From contig OZ024741.1 in NCBI GenBank assembly GCA_964016885.1, forward strand, positions 213,776,001-213,840,000: 64,000 nt of DNA, given 5' to 3'. The stretch is from Eledone cirrhosa (lineage: Eukaryota). The position numbers were made by a program, and so were the translations under genes. The notes under the pieces are model-generated. The model was not told the origin of the DNA. It did not search any database and worked only from the letters and a program-made list of their open reading frames with translations. This document shows, piece by piece, positions 13,433 through 27,388 of the stretch (position 1 is its first letter; every line of letters begins with the position of its first letter).

Positions 13433-14300
13433 TTCGTTTCTGAATTTGTTATTAGCAACACATACCCTTTTCTGAATCTGTTATTAGCAAGACATACCCT
13501 TTTCAAAGACCCTCATGTATAGATAAGAAATGTATAACATGTAAAATAAGCCCCCATATTAACTGTAAAACTAGAAATGTAGTGTATAGCATAAGATGTA
13601 CTGAAGGACAATGTAGAGACAAAAATATAGTGTACATAGGTGAGACAGCTCGTAGTGTAGGGGAACGCATAAATGAACACTGGCGAGACCTTCAAGATAG
13701 TAAAGAATCATCTGTACTCTACCAACATGCTAAAATAGAACACAAGGGTAAATTAGAGAACATAGAAATAAAAATAGAATCTACACACAGAAAAGACGCA
13801 ATGTTTAGACAAATTACAGAGGCAATAAACATAAAATAATTACAACCAAAATTAAATAGAAAATATGAGTGGAACAGCAACATCACAACTTACAATTAAG
13901 GACAAAATGAAAACACATACACACATAGAACAAACAACCAACCAGTAACATGTAAATAAACAAATAAATAAATGAACATAAACGCACACAGACACCCGTA
14001 TGTGGCGCATGCGCAGACTGAGCACACAACACACACACAGAAACAAAATGGCGTAGGACAGAACAAAGGAGAGGCACAGAAACAAAGAAAGGAATCCCCA
14101 GTCACTGAAGAGGTCACAGAGTGTGTGACGAAAGAACTATGAATATGTATAAACAACTATATGGTTGTGGAACCAACCAACCAACCAGAAATTTATAAAT
14201 TTATAAATTTATTATAAATTTATTATAATAAATTGAAGTGAAAGCAACTGGTGCGTGTGTTTCTTATTGGCAACATGACCCTCCCAAAGTATAACAATAT
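13432..14300 (+). mobile_element. 5'-truncated Penelope-like element, family B (GIY-YIG remnant plus pLTR with HHR)
   Basis: NVVYSIRC..C..VYIGETARSVGERINEH..HAKIEH..RQITEAINIK; HHR at 14101-14143; 5' end is an inverted copy of the family tail (TTCGTTTCTGAATTTG); in (TA)n. Confidence 0.9.
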
Positions 14301-14324
14301 ATATATACATATATATATATATAT

Positions 14325-14665
14325 CTAAAATAAAATAAAATAAATAAATGAAATGGAATGGTTCCAGTTCCTCAGTGAAATAACAACCCAACCAGGAACT
14401 GGGCATATCAGAGTATTGAGAAAGTTATACACCTCAACAACATATGTACTTGTCTCTACCACACTAATTCGGACTCACATTCAAAGATGGCTGTCACCGA
14501 AATATATATAGCAGTAATAAACGAAGCCAAATTTTAAACATTTGACTTATTTATTTTATTTTATTTTACATTACTCCGGAGTAACCAAACCAACCTGCGC
14601 ACTTCGTCGAATGCTCCAATCTGCATACTGAGGTATTGGTATACAACCAACATATACTCAAAATT
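14325..14665 (+). mobile_element. PLE-type terminal repeat, family H
   Basis: Homologous to the reverse complement of 44952-45195; degenerate HHR 3' half GGCTGTCACCGAAATATATATA; in (TA)n. Confidence 0.6.
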
Positions 14666-14690
14666 TATATATATATATATATATATATAT

Positions 14691-14882
14691 AACGGAGGAA
14701 ATGTGGTAAGGAACCAGGTGGACCATAACGCACCAAAGTACTCAATACTTAGGGTAGTAGAGTGGGTAATAGGAACGAGTATGACCCCAAGGGCAGAGCC
14801 CAAGCCGCTTCGACAGCTATTTCTGGACTGAAATAGCCGTCGAAACGGCTTGAGCTCTGCCGTCGGGGTCATACTTTTCCCT
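14691..14882 (-). mobile_element. PLE family A fold-back remnant
   Basis: Tail plus inverted arms, as at 10519. Confidence 0.8.
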
Positions 14883-14999
14883 ATATATATATATGTGTGT
14901 GTGTGTGTTGTGTGTGTGTATGTACAAGCACAAACACACATGCTTATCTATATATATATTCATGTGAGCGTGTATCTATATTTAATTATTAAGGCTAAA

Positions 15000-15183
15000 T
15001 AATTGTTTCTACTTTTGGCACAAGGCCAGCAAATACACAGTAGATTACTGGTACTTTATTTTATCGACCCCCGCTAGGATGAAAGGCAAAGTTAACCTCG
15101 GCGGGGTTTGAACTCAGATCATAAAGGGCCGTAACTCTATGCTGCAAAGCATGGCGTCCGACCCTCTACCGATACTGCCAATA
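15000..15183 (-). mobile_element. Nin-domain SINE inserted in the arm of a fold-back element
   Basis: Reverse complement of the SINE; interrupts TTATTAAGGCTAAATA..TGAGTCTTGT, which is complementary to 15250-15277. Confidence 0.85.
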
Positions 15184-15184
15184 A

Positions 15185-15335
15185 TGAGTCTTGTAATCCT
15201 GGAGTTTCGCCTGTTTGACCCTGTGATATAACAGGCGAAACTCCAGAGTAACAAGACTCAATATTTAGCCTTAATAAATGGATATTAAAACTCTATTTCG
15301 GCATTGAGTACTGTTATCTCTCAACCACATACGGA
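15185..15335 (+). mobile_element. Fold-back PLE-type remnant with HHR 3' half
   Basis: Hairpin GAGTTTCGCCTGTT..AACAGGCGAAACTC; GAAA-CTC-CA-GAG-TA forms stem III plus cleavage triplet; tail follows. Confidence 0.55.
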
Positions 15336-15340
15336 TATAT

Positions 15341-15405
<65 letters not shown>

Positions 15406-15407
<2 letters not shown>

Positions 15408-15600
15408 AAAAAGTATGACCCCGACGGCAGACCTCAAGCCGTTTCGACGGCTATTTCTGGACGTCCAGAAATAGCCGTCGAAACGGCTTGAGCTCTGCCG
15501 TCGGGGTCATACTTTTTCCTATTCCCACTCTACTACCCTAAGTATTGAGTACTCTGGTGCGTAATGGTCCATCTGGTTCCTTACCACAATTCCTTTGTTT
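15406..15600 (+). mobile_element. PLE family A fold-back remnant
   Basis: Near-perfect palindrome centred on GGACGTCC (~15462) plus tail. Confidence 0.8.
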
Positions 15601-15662
15601 TATATATCTATATATATATATATAAATATATATATGTGTGTGTGTGTGTGTACAAACACACA

Positions 15663-15704
<42 letters not shown>

Positions 15705-16086
15705 TGTGTGTTTGTACACAGGCACACACACATATATATATATATGCTTATATATATATATAATATACATATATAAGCATATACACGCAAACCACATACA
15801 TATAGACACCCATATAGTGCGTTAGTGGCAGAAAACTTTACCATTCTATTAACCCCACTCATCCTCAAATATCCTGTCATCCACACACTATCTTCATAGG
15901 TGAGTCACACCTGGGCGTGTGTGTATGTGAGGTGCCTGGGTGAGTAGGCATATGTGTGAGCTGGCGTGTGTGTGTGTGAGCGGTATCTAGGAACCTGTAT
16001 GAATATTCGTGTGTGAATGTGCATACATGCATATACGTATGTGTGAGCACGTCTTTGTATGCGTAAGCATGTACATATGTAAGTGG

Positions 16087-16120
<34 letters not shown>

Positions 16121-16528
16121 GCATATCGGTATGCGTGATGCTTGTGTGTGTATGTGCAATTCTTTATGTGTGATGTTTTTCTAAGATGGAACGAGGACAA
16201 AGTGTAGTAAGAGGAAACTAATTATGGAGGAGGAGGGGAATGGGGTGGGGGTGGGGAGTCAGACATTGAAGGAGAGAAAGAAAGAAAAGAGGTCAATGAA
16301 AGATGGACTAATTGAAAGAGAGATGTCATTAATTGAATTAAACAATATTACTGGGAGATGATGAAAATAGAATAAAAATAGAATTGGATAGTTCGAGAGA
16401 TAGACTGACAGATCGTTAGATAGAAAATTAGACAGATTGTGTATATGTATGATTGTATGTATGTGTGTATATATATATATGAATGTATGTATATATAAAT
16501 GTATGTATATGTATGTATGTATATATAT

Positions 16529-16731
16529 GGCTGAGTGGTTAGAGAATTGGATTCGCAATCGTAAGGTTGTGAATTCAATTCCTGGACCAGGCGATGCGTT
16601 ATGTCCTTGAGCAAGACACTTTATGTCACGTTGCTCCTTCTACATGGAGTTGCGACCGATAGATAGTATTAGCAATTGGAAAGACCAACGGAAATATTGT
16701 TCCCTCGGTCCGATTTGACGAAAGTCGATCG
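16529..16731 (+). mobile_element. tRNA-derived CORE-type SINE
   Basis: A box GGCTGAGTGGTTAGAG, B-box-like AATTCAATTCC, CORE TGTCCTTGAGCAAGACACTTTAT.TCACGTTGCTCC. Confidence 0.8.
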
Positions 16732-16768
16732 TTCCTTTTTTTTTTTTATATATATATATATATATATA

Positions 16769-19700
16769 TAAATTGAAACAAAATGAAAACGAAATTTCAT
16801 TTCTCACTCTTAGTATGGCACTTACTTAAATGTAAGTATGCATGTATACGTACATACATATATGTATACAGACGTACAGTAGCATGCACATATATATATA
16901 TATATACATATATACATACATATGCATACAGGTACACATACATATACATTGCCTTAACACCGTATGGCATAAATTCAGGCTGTTCAGTTTGTTTACAAAC
17001 GAACAAAGCGACGTTAGCGCCGCTAAACTGATACGTGCATATATGTATGTGTACCTGTATGCATATGTATGTATATATGTATATATATATATATATGTGC
17101 ATGCTACTGTACGTCTGTATACATATATGTATGTACGTATACATGCATACTTACATTTAAGTAAGTGCCATACTAAGAGTGAGAAATGAAATTTCGTTTT
17201 CATTTTGTTTCAATTTATCGTTTTCGGTATGCCTGACCGATTTAACTCACTCAATATGCAAATTAGGCTGCTCAGCCGTTAATTTTCATAAGGAAAGTAT
17301 ATACTTTCGAACGTTCAACTATCTGGCAGATGGGTAAACGGTGCTGATGATAGCTAACAAGCTTGAAACTAGTACATCGTTCCTGTGTCAGTGTTGAACA
17401 AAAAGGTGACGTGGTTGCCTTAACACCGTATGGCATAAATTCAGGCTGTTCAGTTTGTTTACAAACGAACAAAGCGACGTTAGCGCCGCTAAACTGATAC
17501 GTGCATATATGTATGTGTACCTGTATGCATATGTATGTATATATGTATATATATATATATATGTGCATGCTACTGTACGTCTGTATACATATATGTATGT
17601 ACGTATACATGCATACTTACATTTAAGTAAGTGCCATACTAAGAGTGAGAAATGAAATTTCGTTTTCATTTTGTTTCAATTTATCGTTTTCGGTATGCCT
17701 GACCGATTTAACTCACTCAATATGCAAATTAGGCTGCTCAGCCGTTAATTTTCATAAGGAAAGTATATACTTTCGAACGTTCAACTATCTGGCAGATGGG
17801 TAAACGGTGCTGATGATAGCTAACAAGCTTGAAACTAGTACATCGTTCCTGTGTCAGTGTTGAACAAAAAGGTGACGTGGTTGCCTTAACACCGTATGGC
17901 ATAAATTCAGGCTGTTCAGTTTGTTTACAAACGAACAAAGCGACGTTAGCGCCGCTAAACTGATACGTGCATATATGTATGTGTACCTGTATGCATATGT
18001 ATGTATATATGTATATATATATATATATGTGCATGCTACTGTACGTCTGTATACATATATGTATGTACGTATACATGCATACTTACATTTAAGTAAGTGC
18101 CATACTAAGAGTGAGAAATGAAATTTCGTTTTCATTTTGTTTCAATTTATCGTTTTCGGTATGCCTGACCGATTTAACTCACTCAATATGCAAATTAGGC
18201 TGCTCAGCCGTTAATTTTCATAAGGAAAGTATATACTTTCGAACGTTCAACTATCTGGCAGATGGGTAAACGGTGCTGATGATAGCTAACAAGCTTGAAA
18301 CTAGTACATCGTTCCTGTGTCAGTGTTGAACAAAAAGGTGACGTGGTTGCCTTAACACCGTATGGCATAAATTCAGGCTGTTCAGTTTGTTTACAAACGA
18401 ACAAAGCGACGTTAGCGCCGCTAAACTGATACGTGCATATATGTATGTGTACCTGTATGCATATGTATGTATATATGTATATATATATATATATGTGCAT
18501 GCTACTGTACGTCTGTATACATATATGTATGTACGTATACATGCATACTTACATTTAAGTAAGTGCCATACTAAGAGTGAGAAATGAAATTTCGTTTTCA
18601 TTTTGTTTCAATTTATCGTTTTCGGTATGCCTGACCGATTTAACTCACTCAATATGCAAATTAGGCTGCTCAGCCGTTAATTTTCATAAGGAAAGTATAT
18701 ACTTTCGAACGTTCAACTATCTGGCAGATGGGTAAACGGTGCTGATGATAGCTAACAAGCTTGAAACTAGTACATCGTTCCTGTGTCAGTGTTGAACAAA
18801 AAGGTGACGTGGTTGCCTTAACACCGTATGGCATAAATTCAGGCTGTTCAGTTTGTTTACAAACGAACAAAGCGACGTTAGCGCCGCTAAACTGATACGT
18901 GCATATATGTATGTGTACCTGTATGCATATGTATGTATATATGTATATATATATATATATGTGCATGCTACTGTACGTCTGTATACATATATGTATGTAC
19001 GTATACATGCATACTTACATTTAAGTAAGTGCCATACTAAGAGTGAGAAATGAAATTTCGTTTTCATTTTGTTTCAATTTATCGTTTTCGGTATGCCTGA
19101 CCGATTTAACTCACTCAATATGCAAATTAGGCTGCTCAGCCGTTAATTTTCATAAGGAAAGTATATACTTTCGAACGTTCAACTATCTGGCAGATGGGTA
19201 AACGGTGCTGATGATAGCTAACAAGCTTGAAACTAGTACATCGTTCCTGTGTCAGTGTTGAACAAAAAGGTGACGTGGTTGCCTTAACACCGTATGGCAT
19301 AAATTCAGGCTGTTCAGTTTGTTTACAAACGAACAAAGCGACGTTAGCGCCGCTAAACTGATACGTGCATATATGTATGTGTACCTGTATGCATATGTAT
19401 GTATATATGTATATATATATATATATGTGCATGCTACTGTACGTCTGTATACATATATGTATGTACGTATACATGCATACTTACATTTAAGTAAGTGCCA
19501 TACTAAGAGTGAGAAATGAAATTTCGTTTTCATTTTGTTTCAATTTATCGTTTTCGGTATGCCTGACCGATTTAACTCACTCAATATGCAAATTAGGCTG
19601 CTCAGCCGTTAATTTTCATAAGGAAAGTATATACTTTCGAACGTTCAACTATCTGGCAGATGGGTAAACGGTGCTGATGATAGCTAACAAGCTTGAAACT

Positions 19701-20411
19701 AGTACATCGTTCCTGTGTCAGTGTTGAACAAAAAGGTGACGTGGTTGCCTTAACACCGTATGGCATAAATTCAGGCTGTTCAGTTTGTTTACAAACGAAC
19801 AAAGCGACGTTAGCGCCGCTAAACTGATACGTGCATATATGTATGTGTACCTGTATGCATATGTATGTATATATGTATATATATATATATATGTGCATGC
19901 TACTGTACGTCTGTATACATATATGTATGTACGTATACATGCATACTTACATTTAAGTAAGTGCCATACTAAGAGTGAGAAATGAAATTTCGTTTTCATT
20001 TTGTTTCAATTTATCGTTTTCGGTATGCCTGACCGATTTAACTCACTCAATATGCAAATTAGGCTGCTCAGCCGTTAATTTTCATAAGGAAAGTATATAC
20101 TTTCGAACGTTCAACTATCTGGCAGATGGGTAAACGGTGCTGATGATAGCTAACAAGCTTGAAACTAGTACATCGTTCCTGTGTCAGTGTTGAACAAAAA
20201 GGTGACGTGGTTGCCTTAACACCGTATGGCATAAATTCAGGCTGTTCAGTTTGTTTACAAACGAACAAAGCGACGTTAGCGCCGCTAAACTGATACGTGC
20301 ATATATGTATGTGTACCTGTATGCATATGTATGTATATATGTATATATATATATATATGTGCATGCTACTGTACGTCTGTATACATATATGTATGTACGT
20401 ATACATGCATA

Positions 20412-20415
<4 letters not shown>
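16769..20415 (+). mobile_element. Hammerhead-containing 466-bp tandem array with inverted 5' arm (candidate non-LTR retrozyme)
   Basis: Units start at 16949, 17415, 17881, 18347, 18813, 19279, 19745 and 20211 (partial); 16769-16946 is the reverse complement of part of the unit; (TA)n on both sides; no real ORF. Confidence 0.85.
17337..17381 (+). ncRNA. Minimal type I hammerhead ribozyme (first of 7; others start 17803, 18269, 18735, 19201, 19667, 20133)
   Basis: Stem I AACGGUG/CAUCGUU; core CUGAUGA; stem II U-AGCU(AACA)AGCU-U; GAAA; palindromic stem III ACUAGU; predicted cleavage after GUA at 17374. Confidence 0.8.
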
Positions 20416-20456
<41 letters not shown>

Positions 20457-21167
20457 GGTGTGAGATGCTTAAAGCGCCTGTGTGCGGTAGGCCGTTTGAG
20501 CCCTCGATGCTCTGTAAGAGCATCGATCGTGCACCGAGCTGGTCGCTAGAGAAACGATTGTAATATGTCTAATAAATTTTATTCGTCGCACCATTGATTC
20601 TCCGTTTCTTATGTGATATATATATATGTGAATATATATATCCATTTTGAAGTCCGTATTTTTCCTAAATATCATGGGGTTTGTGTGTGTACAAAATACT
20701 GTGTTTTTCATACGATATACGGCTCTTTCTCTGTATATGTACATATATCTCTAAATTTGAAGTATATATATATATATGTATATATATATATACATAGGAT
20801 GGGGGGGGGGGGTTAGACACATAGATTGATATAAAGAAGTAGATGTGTCTAATTCTTCCTCTATCTATCTATACACTTACATATATGAGAGATACATATA
20901 TATATGAGTGAGTTAGAGAGAGAGAGAGAGAGATTTTCAATGAGGAAGGGGTATGGGATGGTCTTGGAAGAGAAAGAAGTGGGGTAAGCCGTGACATTAA
21001 TTAATCATTATTACAATCAGTCATTAGTGATTAATGAATAAAGGTTAAAGCTAATAATGAGAGATGGTGGTATGTTGGAGGTTGAGAGAGAGATAGAGAG
21101 CAACGAGAGAAACTATTAGTCTGATATATGGCATAGATATGTGGGTGTATATACATATTTGTGTATG

Positions 21168-21226
<59 letters not shown>

Positions 21227-21269
21227 CGTATACATACATGTCTGTGGCTTTCTCAGGCAAATGTACTAT

Positions 21270-21435
21270 ATAAGAGGAGACACAAAACAGTAATCATTGC
21301 GGTCACAGAATGTGTGCCGAAAGAAACTTGTCGCTTTATCTCTATTGTTCGTGATCCCTTTGTTTATCAGTTATATTATGCCTGTGTTTCTTTCAATTGA
21401 CAGTATTAACATGAACATCTCCAAATATAACAATA
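21270..21435 (+). mobile_element. Old diverged PLE family B-like terminus
   Basis: GGTCACAGAATGTGTGCCGAAAGAAACTTG and CATGAACATCTCCAAATATAACAATA resemble the family B HHR and end. Confidence 0.5.
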
Positions 21436-22074
21436 TATGTGTTTGTAAGTTGCTAGTCTCTGTATATAAGTATACTAGCAAATTTGAACTCTACCTATAA
21501 TTCAAAGAGATGATCCTGTCACACGAATATCCCTGAGAATTGGTTTAACCCTTTAACTTTCACATTACTCTATATATACTGTTGTATTTTTATGCTAAGG
21601 CTTTATCCCACATAATATCTCACATAATATCGAATCTTTGAGATTTTGATGTTCTTTATTTTGAGAACAATACCTTAACATAAGTATGAGTAGCAAGTTA
21701 TGACCGGTTTGAACAGAAAGAGGTGATAGAATTCTGGCCGTATATGGCCGGTTTAAATGCTAAAGAGTTAAGCCTATACATATCTGAGGAATACTCAACA
21801 TAATTCTTGGAGAGATTCGGCGTGGTTAAAGGTACACGTGTCTGTGTGTGATACATTTGACCCTTAACCACACACACTATGATAAAAAAGATGATCTGTA
21901 TCTGTGATTCAATCTCGGGAAGGCTCAGCCACGAGTATGTTCTTCTGTTGACCGGACAATGGGAACACACGCCGTCCGAACTTACGATGTCCAACGGAGA
22001 CAGGCGAGAAATTGTGTGTTTCAGCCGTCACAAACAAAGTATGAATGGACCTGGATTCTTGGAGATAGGACAGA

Positions 22075-22720
22075 GCTGCAGTATCGATAGAGCGTCAGAC
22101 GCCATGCTTTGCAGCATAGTTATGACCCTTTGTATTCTGAGTTCAAATCCCGCCGAGGTTAACTTTGCCTTTCATCCTTACGGGGTCGATAAAATAAAGT
22201 ACCAGTAATGCCTTGTGTCAAAAGTAGAAACAATTATTTCATATTCCAGGGTCGATTGGGCGTCAGACAAAATGCATCGACAGAGTCTGTAGAGCATCGG
22301 ATATGTTTTGTGGCGTGTAGTTACGGCCCTTTACTTCCAGAGTTCAAACTCCCGCCTAGGTTAGCTTTATTTTATCAACCTTGTAAGGATGATGGTCAAT
22401 ACATTTTGGGGAAAGGAGAAAGTCGATTAAAACGACCCGATTGCGTTACTGGTACTTTGCCTATGTGCCTAAATCAGAAACCATTATTTCATATTCCAGA
22501 GCCGATAGAGCGTCAGACGAAATGTTTTGGCTGAGTCGTTAGAGCATCGGACAGCAGGCTTTGCGGCCTGTAGTTACGGCACTTTACGTTCTGAATTCAA
22601 ATCCCACTGAGGTTAGCTTTGGCTTTCATCCTTACGGGGTCGGGAAAATATAATTTGAAGGGAGAAGGAAAGTCGATTAAATTGTTGTCTTTGTAACAAA
22701 AGTAGAAACAATTAATTATT
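22075..22720 (+). mobile_element. Cluster of about three head-to-tail Nin-type SINE copies
   Basis: Three B boxes (GAGTTCAAATCC, GAGTTCAAACTCC, GAATTCAAATCC) and repeated tails ending ATTATTTCATATTCC. Confidence 0.75.
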
Positions 22721-23539
22721 ATTCCACAGGATTACGAATGCCAAAATTCCAAGAACGTAAAAGCTAAAAGCTGAATGGTTGAACAACAGACGAGGAAAAG
22801 TAGGTTTTGATAGATGTTCTTTACAATCATCATTTTGGGGCCCGATTGTGAGACTAAATACGGCTTCGGCATTTAAAACATGGTGGAGCACTCCCCTCTC
22901 AAGGTCTGATTGCAGTCAATTTCTTCGATAGATTGAGACAGATTGACAGAATGAAAGTGATTGAGAGATGATAGAAGTTGGGGGGGGGGGTAAGAAGAAG
23001 AATCTGCCTTTATACTCGGCTATATACTTTATTTATCGACCATGAATGAAGAAATGGTAATCTGACATCGGAGAGATTTGAACTGTAAACATGTAGATTT
23101 GGAAAGAATATTGCAAAGCATTCTACCCGAGCGTCGTATCCCTCCGCCAATACACTGCCAAATATGTATATATAAATATTCATACAGACATGCATGCATG
23201 CATATATATATGCTTATGTGTGTGTGTATGTGTGTTTTTATATATGTGTATATATATATATATACACATGTGTATGTGTTTTTGTATATATATATATATG
23301 TGTGTTTATATATATATATATAATATATACATAATGTGTGAGTGTGTGTGTGTTTTTGTATATATATATATATATATATATATAAGTAAACATATATATT
23401 ATGTGTTTTTGTATATATATGTATATATATATATGTGTGTATATATATATATGTATATATATATATGTATATATGCATGTATGTATATAATGTAAGTACA
23501 TATATATAATGTGTGTATATATGTATATACACACATATA

Positions 23540-23576
<37 letters not shown>

Positions 23577-24384
23577 GCATCGATGTGTGTATGTTTATAA
23601 AGAGACATGGAAACTGAAATGCATTGAAATAACTTATATATAAATGGATTCATGCTGTTATTATTGTTGTTATTGTTGTTGTTGCTGTTGTTATTTTTCA
23701 GTTCCCCCTCCCTCCCTCATTTCGTCCCCCCCCCCCCCCCACACACACACACAGAGAAAGAGAGGGCAGGAAAGGTATAAAGACAGAGGGGGTGCGAGGA
23801 GGATAGGGAGACGGAGAAAAAGATGGTGAGATAGATGCACAATAAAATGTGGAATAACAATTGCAACTGCTGCAGAATAGTGCACACGGCTGCACAACAC
23901 TTGCCAACAGTGCATCGCTTTGATAGCATAGATAGCTCAGAAATCTGTTATGTGGCATTTCATTTGCAATTCATAGGATCGAATCCCATAAGCAAATAGT
24001 TGCTTTCTATTGAAATGGTTACTTTTCCATATACATACATAGATACATACAAACCTACATATATACATATGTACTCATATACATATGTACTCATATACAT
24101 ATGTACTCATATACATATGTACACATATACATATGTACACATATACGTATGTGCGCGTATACATAAGTGCGCGTATACATATCCGCGTATACGTATACGT
24201 ATACATATACGTATACGCGCCTATACATATCCGCGCGTATAAGTATACGCACACACATAAATGCACACATACAAGTACTCATATATACTCAGGCGTTTAT
24301 ATATATGTATATCTATGTATATGTGTGTGTGTATGTGTCTGCGCGCGCAGGTAATTATAGAAGTGTCTATACACACACTGAGCG

Positions 24385-24436
<52 letters not shown>

Positions 24437-24450
24437 AACAAATAAACTGC

Positions 24451-24516
<66 letters not shown>

Positions 24517-24653
24517 ACATGTATTTTATATCATATATGGGTGTATATGAATGCGCATACACACACTATATATATATATATATATATGCACACACACGCG
24601 CGCATAATAGACAAAAATATATATACTTATATACGTACACACACACACATACA

Positions 24654-24726
<73 letters not shown>

Positions 24727-24897
24727 GCATGAATGCGGGGTGTTGCGGGAAGGGCAGGTAATAAGTTCACAAAAAAGACATCTAAATATATCCATATATT
24801 TTAGTATTAGTGATTGATAAAATATCATTCAGACACAGCCATGTTTCTTTGGGAATTTATACTGGAAATACACACACACGCACACACACACACACAA

Positions 24898-24961
<64 letters not shown>

Positions 24962-25752
24962 ACATGTATGTATGTATGCATGTATATATATGTGTGTGTG
25001 TGTACGTATGGATGTATATATGTGTGTGTGCACGTACGTACGTATGCATGTTTATATATGTGTGTGTATGTATGTACGTATGCATGTATATATATATATA
25101 TGTGTGTGTACATGTACGTATGCATGTGTATATATATATGTGTGTGTGTGTACATGTATGTACGTATGCATGTATACATATATATATGTGTGTGTCTGTA
25201 TCAGTGTGTGTGTGTATATATATATAGAGAGAGAGATTGTTTAATAATATCTATCCGTATGTATATATGTCAGACAAAAGATAATACATATATATATACA
25301 GTATATATATATACACACATACAAGCACACATACACACAATGACACTTAAGCGCTTACATCCATTCATACATATTCATACACACACATATATATATGTAC
25401 ATGCATACAATGACACAAATATGTATACATACATGTTTACACACATTCATGCGCAGACAATTAAAGTTGTGTGTACATATATGTATATGCGTGTATATAT
25501 ATATATGTATGTGTGTGTGTGTGTGTACAATTTAAGACTCAAATATACACAAGCTGAAATTCATACACACCTACGTAGTCAGATCTGTAAATTTAGTGAC
25601 ATACACGCATATAATGTTGTACACGATAGTGTTATATATATATATATATGAGAAAAGAATGCGCTCTTTCTCTCTCTCTCTCTATCTATCTTCTTACTCT
25701 CTTTCTCTCTCTCATACTCGTCTTTCTCTCTCTCTTTCTTTCTCTTTCTCGT

Positions 25753-25819
<67 letters not shown>

Positions 25820-25872
25820 ATTTCTCTATCTGCCTCTTTCTCTCTCTCTCCCTTCTTTCTCTCTCTTTCTCG

Positions 25873-26034
<162 letters not shown>

Positions 26035-26338
26035 CTATCTCTATCTTGCTCCTCCGCACAGAACCACCCCCTTTACCTTACACACTCATAAACTGCCATC
26101 AACAAAGCATGTGTATGCAGAAGTCACAGGAATATAAAACATGCATAATTTCTGTTGCAGTTTATGGGAAATACATCTGGCGTTTAAGATTAAGAATGCA
26201 GTAGTCAAAAGGGGGAAAGCCCCCACGTGTGTGTATACATTTATGTGTAAATATATATATATATTTGTGTGTGTAATTGTGAGTTTGTTCACGTGTACAT
26301 ATTTATATATATATATATATATATATATAAATATGTTC

Positions 26339-26396
<58 letters not shown>

Positions 26397-26699
26397 TATG
26401 TTCACATATACATATTTATTATATATATATATATATATATATAATTATTTCATGAAGAAGTGACTGTTACGGGACTAGAACTGTTTCATTCGTATGAAAT
26501 CATCAGGAATACATTATTATGTATATTAGAAAGAGTTGTTGGGGTCGATAGTGAAATATGGCGTTTTTTGTTGATGTTTAATCTGGTAGAGCTCATAACT
26601 CTTCAACTCTCTTATTCTCTAAAAGAAATTTAGAGAGTAATTGACGAATAGATTAGCGGAGTGATCGACCTAAATACTGGACTTGGCTATTATTTACGC

Positions 26700-26888
26700 G
26701 CGATTGGCAGTATCGATAGAGAGTCGGACGCCATGCTTTCTAGCATAGTTACGGCCCTTGCCATTCTGAGTTCAAATCCCGAAGAGGTTAACTTTGCCTT
26801 TCATCCTTACGGGGTCGATAAAATAAAGTACCAGTAATGTACTGTGATAATTGCTGGCCTTGTGCCAAAGGTAGAAACAATTATTTAC
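26700..26888 (+). mobile_element. Nin-domain SINE with TSD ATTATTTAC
   Basis: Full SINE motifs; ATTATTTAC before (~26689) and after (~26880). Confidence 0.85.
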
Positions 26889-27351
26889 TTTATCTACTCA
26901 AAAAGTAAATAATAGCCAAGTCCACCTTGATGGTGTTTGAACTCAGCCGACAGAGAACCAGAAGTAATACTTCAGTTCTTTGTTGTTATAACAATTCTGT
27001 CATTTCGCCTGATACAATGTGTAATGTGTGATGGGGACTGTATTATCTTTTGTCTGACATACATACATACTGATAGATATTTTTAAACAATCTCTCTCTA
27101 TATATATATAAATATATATACACACACACACTGATATACACACACACACATATTACACACACATATATATACATGCATACGTACATACATGTACACACAC
27201 ACATATATATATATACATGCATACGTACATACATACACACACATATATATATACATGCATACGTTCATACATACACGCACATATATATATACATGCATAC
27301 GTACATAGATGCACACACACATTTATATATGCATACGTACACACATACACG

Positions 27352-27388
<37 letters not shown>

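Noticed and set aside
16529-16600. SINE heads as tRNA genes
   Set aside because: A/B boxes run directly into CORE or Nin domains; no complete cloverleaf
16783-20454. Repeated 66/93/112-aa ORFs in the 466-bp array, or a CRISPR-like reading of it
   Set aside because: ORFs run through TA-rich tracts on both strands with no motifs; units have no variable spacers and there are no cas genes
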